Shown here: positions 57,528-64,000 of the stretch, in pieces | Numbering within the stretch: position 1 is the stretch's first letter | Layout: every line of letters begins with the position of its first letter | From: Nitrosopumilus sp. | GTDB taxonomy: Archaea > Thermoproteota > Nitrososphaeria > Nitrososphaerales > Nitrosopumilaceae | Length of the DNA stretch: 64,000 nt | Direction of reading: 5' to 3' | Assembly: GCA_965219345.1 (NCBI GenBank) | Contig: OZ244732.1 | Location: forward strand, 1,536,001-1,600,000 | Translations under genes and position numbers: made by a program | The notes under the pieces: generated by a model | The model's database searches: none | Seen by the model: only the letters and a program-made list of their open reading frames with translations | What the model was told of the DNA's origin: nothing

Positions 57528-57804
57528 AGATCACTAGAATGCATCAGAACCATTAATTCTACCAATCAAGCTTTAGATCAGTAATATTTTTGGCATTTAA
57601 TGAAACGCTACAACACAACTTTTGTAATGAAAAATTAGAAAATCTGAAAATTAATAGTCACTTTTAGGGGTTATTAATTAAATCTATTGGTCTAATCCTA
57701 TTATTGAAATTACGAAAAAAGTAACTTTCTAGTTTACGATATTTTTTAGATTAAAATTATTTAGCTATTATATACTCTAAAAATAATGATTTGACAGAGA
57801 AGAA

Positions 57805-58473
57805 TTGAAAGCAATAATTTTAGCTGGCGGGCATGGTAAAAGATTAAAACCCATTACGGATTATGTTCCAAAATCTCTTGTACCTATAAAGAATATACCA
57901 CTTATTGAATGGCAAATCAAATATCTGAAAAAATATGGAATAACAGAAGTAATCATTTGTACAGGATACAAAACAAAAATGATTGAAAATTATTTAACAA
58001 TGAAAAACTTGGGAATTAAAATTAAATTTTCTGTTGAAAAATCTCCTTTAGGTACAGGAGGCGCAATAAAAAAAGCAGGTAAAAGTATCAAAGATAAATC
58101 ATTTTTTGTAATTAATGGTGATATAATTACTAACATTAATTTAAAAAAACTTGCAAAAAAACCAAATTCTATTGCTTCTATTGGATTACAAACTAAATTT
58201 GGAACTTTAGAAACAAGTGGAAATAAAATATTACAGTTTAAAGAAAAAAAAGAAATTTCAGATTTGTGGATGAACGCAGGAATTTATTATCTCCAAAAAG
58301 ATGTACTAAAAGATTTACCAAATAAAGGTGATATTGAAAAAACGCTTTTTCCAGATTATGCAAAAAAAGGTAAACTCAATACAGTCAAATTTAAAAAAGT
58401 AAAATGGCATTCAGTAGATTCCTTTAAGGATTTAGAAGAAAGTTCACTAAAAGTAGAAAAAATAATAAAATGA
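57805..58473 (+). CDS. sugar-phosphate nucleotidyltransferase
   Basis: KAIILAGG.GKRL.P.T...PK, PLGTGGAI, NGDI. Confidence 0.93.
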   Translation: MKAIILAGGHGKRLKPITDYVPKSLVPIKNIPLIEWQIKYLKKYGITEVIICTGYKTKMIENYLTMKNLGIKIKFSVEKSPLGTGGAIKKAGKSIKDKSFFVINGDIITNINLKKLAKKPNSIASIGLQTKFGTLETSGNKILQFKEKKEISDLWMNAGIYYLQKDVLKDLPNKGDIEKTLFPDYAKKGKLNTVKFKKVKWHSVDSFKDLEESSLKVEKIIK

Positions 58474-58484
58474 AATTTTGAGTC

Positions 58485-58631
58485 TTATGCACCAGTTCTG
58501 TGCAATGTAACCATCATGTATGCTACTTCTTCTACAAAGGGTTCATCTTTGCTAACAAGGGTATATTTTGTAGCATCATCCCAAAAGGGTGCTTTTTGAT
58601 GTAGGTTTTCAGATAGAGTTTGTTCACTCAA
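58485..58631 (-). CDS. putative 48-aa hypothetical protein
   Basis: TTG-start ORF MSEQTLSENLHQKAPFWDD... Confidence 0.45.
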   Translation of the reverse strand: MSEQTLSENLHQKAPFWDDATKYTLVSKDEPFVEEVAYMMVTLHRTGA

Positions 58632-58731
58632 TATTTGTTATTATGATCTAATCTGATAATACTCGGCCTCAATCAAAATTAACCCATTACTAAAACAGAT
58701 ACGCTAAATATCCAATATACATACAATTTTC

Positions 58732-59694
58732 ATGCGTATTGCATGTAGTTTAGGCTCTTTACTATCTGTAAATGAAGTCCTAAGGTGCACCGAAATCCTC
58801 TCTAAAACTAACGTAGATACAATTTGGATACCTGAAACATGGGGCATGGAGAATTTTTCTATGCTAAGCGCAATTTCTAATAGGACTAGTCAAAAAATAG
58901 GCTCATCAATTATCAACATCTATTCTCGAAGTCCATCTCTAATTGCAATGGGAGCGGCTACTATAGATACAATTTCTGATGGACGATTAATTCTAGGTCT
59001 CGGAACAAGTAGTTTGCCAATTATTGATACTTTTCATGGTTACAAATTTGAAAAACCAGTTCAAAGAATGAAAGAATGTATAGAAATAATTAAATTGGTG
59101 TTATCTGAAAAACCAGTAAACTATTCAGGTGAGATTTTTAATTTAAAGAATTTTTCATTATTAATAAAACCAAAAAGAGAATCAATTCCAATTTATCTTG
59201 CAGCTGTTAATCAAAAAATGGTAGAGTTATCATGGGATATTGGAGATGGAGTGATTTTTTATCTTCGACCATTAAATGAAATGAAAGAGACAATCACAAA
59301 AATGCAATCAAAGAAAAAAATTGATGTGACTTGTCAGATAATTACTTGTGTTGCAGAAGATTCTGATACTGCAATTAGACGTGCCAAAAAAACACTAGCA
59401 TTTTATGTATCTGTTGGTAAAGTTTATCGAGAATTTTTAGCAAAACATGGATTCAAAAATGAAACAACTAACATATTTGATGAATTTAAAAAATCAGGGT
59501 TTAAGTCAAATCATGATCTAATCCCAGATTCAATGTTAAAATCACTTTGCATAGCAGGCACCCCTAACGAATGTATAAAACAATTGGAAAAATTCTCTGA
59601 GACAGGAATTAACTTACCAATAATCCAATTTAATCCAGTTGGAGATACTTTTGATTCTTTTGAGTTGGTAAAAAAAACATTTTTGGATAATTGA
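58732..59694 (+). CDS. LLM-class (F420/flavin-dependent) oxidoreductase
   Basis: WIPETWG, SRSP..IAM.AAT.D.IS.GRLILGLG. Confidence 0.92.
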   Translation: MRIACSLGSLLSVNEVLRCTEILSKTNVDTIWIPETWGMENFSMLSAISNRTSQKIGSSIINIYSRSPSLIAMGAATIDTISDGRLILGLGTSSLPIIDTFHGYKFEKPVQRMKECIEIIKLVLSEKPVNYSGEIFNLKNFSLLIKPKRESIPIYLAAVNQKMVELSWDIGDGVIFYLRPLNEMKETITKMQSKKKIDVTCQIITCVAEDSDTAIRRAKKTLAFYVSVGKVYREFLAKHGFKNETTNIFDEFKKSGFKSNHDLIPDSMLKSLCIAGTPNECIKQLEKFSETGINLPIIQFNPVGDTFDSFELVKKTFLDN

Positions 59695-59695
59695 C

Positions 59696-60805
59696 ATGAA
59701 TAAAGTTGGAATTTCTGCATATGGAATTACCCCATTTACAAAAGATGATCAAAAGATTGATGGAGTTTTACTTCAATCTGCAAAAAATCTCTTTGAGACT
59801 AACCCTAAAATCAATAAAAAAGACATTGATGCTGTTTTAGTTTCCACAAATGATAACTCAAAATATCTATCTCCAATTTTATCTGAAATGGTTGGGATCC
59901 AGCCAAAAATTGCACATTCTATCGAAAGTCTATGTAATTCAGGCACAAATTCTATAGTTTCAGCATATTCCTATATTGCATCAGGGCTTGTAGATACGGT
60001 TCTAGTTAGTGGTGCTGAAAGATATGATAGTCCTGGTCAAGTATTAGAATGGGATAATTCCAGAGGGGAATTTAAACACCCAATCTTTTGGGCTTCAATT
60101 TTTACAAAATCCTACAAACGTGAATTTTCAATTTCAGATGAACAATTGGCTTTAGTTTCAGTGAAGAATCACAAACAAGCCAAAGAAAATCCCAATGCAT
60201 TATCCCAAAAAACTTTCACAGTTGAGGATGTAATGAATTCTAAACCATTAACTGAAGATCTTAGATTGTTAGATTGTTCAAGACCCTGTACTGGAAGTGC
60301 ATCAATAGTATTAACCTCTGAAGAAATGACTAAAAAAATTACAGAAATGCCAATATGGATTACAGGTATTGGTCAAAAAACAACTTCTGCTGGATTTACA
60401 AAAAATACATCATTTAGCACTATGAAATCTACTAAATTAGCAGTGAATACTGCGTTAAAAATGGCAAATCACGATATAAAAGATATTGATGTTGCAGAAG
60501 TACATGATGCATTTTCCGTTTGTGAACCTATGGCGTTAGAATCTTTAGGTTTTTCTAAATCAGGTACTGGAACTAGTATGATTAAGGAACTTTATGAAAC
60601 AAATGATTTTAAAATTAATCCTAGAGGAGGGTTAATCGGGTCAGGACACCCACTTGGCGCAACTGGTATAGCACAAACTATAGAAATTACACAACAACTT
60701 CAATCAAGTGCAAATACTAGACAAGTTAACAATGCAAAAGTAGGATTAGTTCACAATATGTCTGCAGCGGCTACATCATCAACGGTATTGGTTTTAGAAA
60801 AATGA
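59696..60805 (+). CDS. thiolase family (acetyl-CoA acetyltransferase-like) protein
   Basis: ESLCNSG, VAEVHDAF, INPRGGL...GHPLGATG. Confidence 0.92.
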   Translation: MNKVGISAYGITPFTKDDQKIDGVLLQSAKNLFETNPKINKKDIDAVLVSTNDNSKYLSPILSEMVGIQPKIAHSIESLCNSGTNSIVSAYSYIASGLVDTVLVSGAERYDSPGQVLEWDNSRGEFKHPIFWASIFTKSYKREFSISDEQLALVSVKNHKQAKENPNALSQKTFTVEDVMNSKPLTEDLRLLDCSRPCTGSASIVLTSEEMTKKITEMPIWITGIGQKTTSAGFTKNTSFSTMKSTKLAVNTALKMANHDIKDIDVAEVHDAFSVCEPMALESLGFSKSGTGTSMIKELYETNDFKINPRGGLIGSGHPLGATGIAQTIEITQQLQSSANTRQVNNAKVGLVHNMSAAATSSTVLVLEK

Positions 60806-61110
60806 GTTTTGAGTCTGAGTTATTACAAGGAAAATTCTGCATTCCGGAATGTACCGTTTGCAAGAAAATTGTTTGGCCTCCTGCAGAATTTTGCAATCAT
60901 TGTTTTGGCAAAGTAACTCTAAAAAAAGGAGATTTTGAAGGTAAAATTATCGAATTTTCAAGACAAAATGAGGAATATTTTTGCTTAGTGGAATTTGAAA
61001 AGACTATTAAATTAATGGCAAAAATTTTACAAATTCCTGAAATAGGACAAATAGTTAAAATTTCAAAATGTGGAATTTCTAATGGAAGTTATTTTTTTAA
61101 TGTTAATTGA
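60802..61110 (+). CDS. DUF35/ChsH2-like Zn-ribbon OB-fold partner of thiolase
   Basis: ECTVC...WPP..FC.HC, G.I..FS. Confidence 0.85.
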   Translation: MSFESELLQGKFCIPECTVCKKIVWPPAEFCNHCFGKVTLKKGDFEGKIIEFSRQNEEYFCLVEFEKTIKLMAKILQIPEIGQIVKISKCGISNGSYFFNVN

Positions 61111-61930
61111 ATTTTGTGTAAATGTATGGAGTTTCAATTGTTTGATCAAAAGTCCAAACAGTAGGCAACAAAACTGTATCAATTATGTCCATGTTGTGTT
61201 TTTTAATTAAAGAATCCCACCCACCATTAATCAAATCACCTGATAATTGTTTTTTTGAATAAGTTCCAACTAGTACTAATCCACTGGTATGTGTCAAATT
61301 AGAGATAGCATTTATTTTATCAATAATATTAGTTGCCAAAATATCACCTCCCATTTGAGCAAGGCCTCCGATAAAAAATACTGGATGTGTTAATTGAAGC
61401 TGAGAATAATCAAACTCTAACGCATCTTCACATTTTGGATCAAAGTTTTGATTTGTAGACTTGGTAATTGTTTTTTGTAATTCTACTAATACATTATCAA
61501 TCTCAATACTGTGTGAAATTAACCCTAAAATTTTTCCACAAAAAGCAATTCTTCCATCCCCAGAACCAATATCTACTAATTCCTTGTATCCTAATTTTTT
61601 TGCAATTAATGCCATTACATAAGCAGACATTATCCATGTTGGGTAAAATGGTTGACAGCTAGAACCATGTTTTAAACTATTTAACCAATATTCGTTAATA
61701 TCGCCTTCATAAACAATGCATGAAATTCCTGCAATTTTTTGTTCAAATGAATTAAAGTATATGGGATTTTTTTGAGCAAAATCATGAAGCATTTCTAAAT
61801 TATGTGTATCCACAGGAAATTTTTTAGATGAATACAGAGGAATTACTTCTTGAATATGTGCACTTCCAGTATAATTTTTTGCAAAATCTCGTTTTACAAG
61901 AACTAGATTTTTGACAAGTTCGTCAAGCAT
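61103..61930 (-). CDS. SAM-dependent methyltransferase-like protein
   Basis: LVDIGSGDGRI, SIEID. Confidence 0.8.
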   Translation of the reverse strand: MLDELVKNLVLVKRDFAKNYTGSAHIQEVIPLYSSKKFPVDTHNLEMLHDFAQKNPIYFNSFEQKIAGISCIVYEGDINEYWLNSLKHGSSCQPFYPTWIMSAYVMALIAKKLGYKELVDIGSGDGRIAFCGKILGLISHSIEIDNVLVELQKTITKSTNQNFDPKCEDALEFDYSQLQLTHPVFFIGGLAQMGGDILATNIIDKINAISNLTHTSGLVLVGTYSKKQLSGDLINGGWDSLIKKHNMDIIDTVLLPTVWTFDQTIETPYIYTKFN

Positions 61931-61935
61931 TAATT

Positions 61936-62175
61936 CTACAAAATCAATGGGCTTGATAAACTCACTGTAACTTGAAGCAATTTTTTAGATGATAGTGATA
62001 CAAGTTCTTGTTCAACTTTTTTTAATTGTTTAATTGTGTTTGTTTGCATTATTTCAATATCTGAAAACTCTTTTTTAGAAGGATCTGTTATTAAAAGAAA
62101 ATTCATCTGTTTTAACATATTAAGATAGAAATCTCGCTGTTCTAGTAACCTCTCAAATAGTATTTCAGACAACAA
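61936..62175 (-). CDS. hypothetical protein
   Basis: 79-aa ORF. Confidence 0.55.
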   Translation of the reverse strand: MLSEILFERLLEQRDFYLNMLKQMNFLLITDPSKKEFSDIEIMQTNTIKQLKKVEQELVSLSSKKLLQVTVSLSSPLIL

Positions 62176-62310
62176 AAAATCTATGAAACAGAAGTGTTTA
62201 ATGGTTTTTTATAATGTGTTGGTGTAAAAATGACACCCTCATATGACATTTTGTTGAGTTATTATGTAATTACCATCTTTACTATATCTAATATAGAGAA
62301 TAACTTGTCG

Positions 62311-62877
62311 ATGCGAACTAAAACACCAACATTAACAATTAGAAAACAAGAGATTGTTAAAAAAAGTACAAAAAATCACAAAAAAGCTGCTAGAATACGT
62401 CGGCAAAGAGGGTATCAGTGGGAAGACACATTAGTAAAACGATTTAACGCAACCAAAAAATGGAAGGCATTTAGGCTTGGATCTCCAAGCATTGCATTAC
62501 CTGATGTATTGGCAGTAAATACAGAAGAGAACCACATATTCACTATAGAAGCAAAATCTGGAACTAGTACCTCATTACTAGTACCTGCAGATCAAATTGA
62601 ACGATGTCTAGAATGGATAAAGACGTTTGATATTTATAAAAAAAGAAATGTGCTTTTGGCATTCAAATTTCTCTCAAAGAAAAGAATAGGTTTGAGGAAA
62701 TATGAAAGCCGTGAATTAAGAGAGTTCTACAAAATTTGGGACGAATCTCTGGAAATTACCGATTGTGTCTGTACTTATGAGGGAAATTTATTTGCAAAAA
62801 TAGATGGTACGCGTAAAGAACTGTTTCTTAAAGAATGTTTGATGCCATTTAAGACAAAACAAAGAAAAAATATCTAA
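62311..62877 (+). CDS. Hjc-like Holliday-junction resolvase (PD-(D/E)xK)
   Basis: RGYQWE, R.GS, PDVLA, IEAKS. Confidence 0.85.
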   Translation: MRTKTPTLTIRKQEIVKKSTKNHKKAARIRRQRGYQWEDTLVKRFNATKKWKAFRLGSPSIALPDVLAVNTEENHIFTIEAKSGTSTSLLVPADQIERCLEWIKTFDIYKKRNVLLAFKFLSKKRIGLRKYESRELREFYKIWDESLEITDCVCTYEGNLFAKIDGTRKELFLKECLMPFKTKQRKNI

Positions 62878-62927
62878 TCAGTGGAATTTTCCAATCGTTT
62901 TTTAAGGATTATACATGAATAAAGATA

Positions 62928-63377
62928 TTGTCTGATGATAGCACAGATATGGAATCAGCCGAAAAAAACCCTGAATCCTTATTAAAAACAATTTCTGACG
63001 CGGAAGTCAGCTCAGGAATTAGTTTTGAAGAATTTACTGATGAGAGAACCTTGATCAGTCATGATGCTTTTGGAAAAAAACAGATGAAGATCAAAGTATT
63101 GGAAGTATCTGATGAGCAACCTCCATCAAAATGGAAGCTTGGAGATCGTGTTAAAGTAATTAAAATTCTTGTTACAATTAGGCATCTTACAACACAACAA
63201 GTGGAAGAAGCTGAGTTTGATATTGAAGCTATTGAAAGAGAATTAGCTGAAAAGAGACATTATACTTCAACAAACAGATGGATTCCAGTAGACTATATTA
63301 AAAATGGATATGTGGTACGTTCACACCACACCCGATTAATCAGTGATGCATCTGCACTAGACTACATTGTATTTTAA
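62928..63377 (+). CDS. conserved hypothetical protein
   Basis: 149-aa ORF. Confidence 0.75.
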   Translation: MSDDSTDMESAEKNPESLLKTISDAEVSSGISFEEFTDERTLISHDAFGKKQMKIKVLEVSDEQPPSKWKLGDRVKVIKILVTIRHLTTQQVEEAEFDIEAIERELAEKRHYTSTNRWIPVDYIKNGYVVRSHHTRLISDASALDYIVF

Positions 63378-63449
63378 TTAGAGTTCACATTTAACATTCA
63401 TAATTTATCTCTAAAAAACATTATAAGCAAAAGAATTTGAAAATGATAT

Positions 63450-63767
63450 ATGAGTTCAAAAGAATTTGAAGTAAATGGAACTGATTACAAAGTTGTACTA
63501 ACAGACCAAGTAATAGGACATGTAAACAATCTCAAAGAACTCTATAATGCCGCATATGAAGATCCTGAAAGCTTTGAGGATGTTAGTTCAGAAATTTCAA
63601 ATACAATTAATGAAATTGCTGGTAATGTAGAACCTCCAGCAGATGATAGTGATCTTGACGGACTTATTCAAGAGATTATCGAAGCAGTTGATACCAAGGC
63701 AGCACAAATTGAAAAAGAACTAGAACAAAAAGAACCACCTAAAAGAAAATCAAAATCTAAAAAATAA
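63450..63767 (+). CDS. acidic hypothetical protein with basic tail
   Basis: 105-aa ORF. Confidence 0.75.
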   Translation: MSSKEFEVNGTDYKVVLTDQVIGHVNNLKELYNAAYEDPESFEDVSSEISNTINEIAGNVEPPADDSDLDGLIQEIIEAVDTKAAQIEKELEQKEPPKRKSKSKK

Positions 63768-63835
63768 TCCCATTTGACCTTAAACTCATAAAAAATCGAG
63801 ACATACATTATATTATTAATAACATAACCAATTTT

Positions 63836-63952
63836 ATGTCTAGAAGCTGTGAATGTGGAATTTGTGGTCATCATAGTGAATCTGAATGTCTGGAAAAAGA
63901 ATGTAAATGCTGTTTGAATTTCCATGAAAGATCAGGACCTAGAAGAAAATAA
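63836..63952 (+). CDS. 38-aa Cys-rich metallothionein-like micro-protein
   Basis: MSRSCECGICGHHSESECLEKECKCCLNFH...: 7 Cys, 3 His. Confidence 0.6.
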   Translation: MSRSCECGICGHHSESECLEKECKCCLNFHERSGPRRK

Positions 63953-64000
63953 TTATTTCTTTAAATCAATTATATTCATTATAACAACTACATTTTTTTG

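Noticed and set aside
56757-57590. Complete IS1595 with TIRs as mobiliser of the 5.1-kb element
   Set aside because: No matching TIR pair was found, its ends do not resemble GGGAC...AGCTG, and the transposase is broken.

Overview
This is an AT-rich archaeal window with gene content typical of Nitrosopumilaceae (Nitrosopumilus-like ammonia-oxidising archaea). The backbone carries ilvD, aRF1, cbtBA, phnDCE, purP, aspS-gatCAB, an acyl-CoA synthetase, a LOR/SDH-family gene, pduO, tRNA-Phe, ilvA, purEK, a thiolase/DUF35 pair, an Hjc-like resolvase and many small zinc-finger genes. Three accessory regions interrupt it, each with visibly GC-richer, decaying DNA (judged by eye). (1) 34536-39631 is a 5,096-bp element with ~50-bp terminal inverted repeats starting GGGAC and an 8-bp target duplication (CTTTTTGT). 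It has no cognate transposase, contains a nested IS481, and holds two separate ~32-bp repeat / ~34-bp insert / repeat units of identical 66-bp period that resemble ectopic CRISPR spacer integrations. (2) ~46300-50100 has an integrase stub and a beta-propeller surface protein with a C11 tract after its start codon. (3) ~53870-57590 has IS5 and IS1595 remnants and broken secreted-protein genes. Also noted: a 22-bp palindromic operator shared by the ArsR-pair and phnDCE promoters, five structured intergenic ncRNA candidates, a helicase apparently starting at CTG, and many unannotated microproteins. All calls come from reading the sequence; no searches or folding programs were run.
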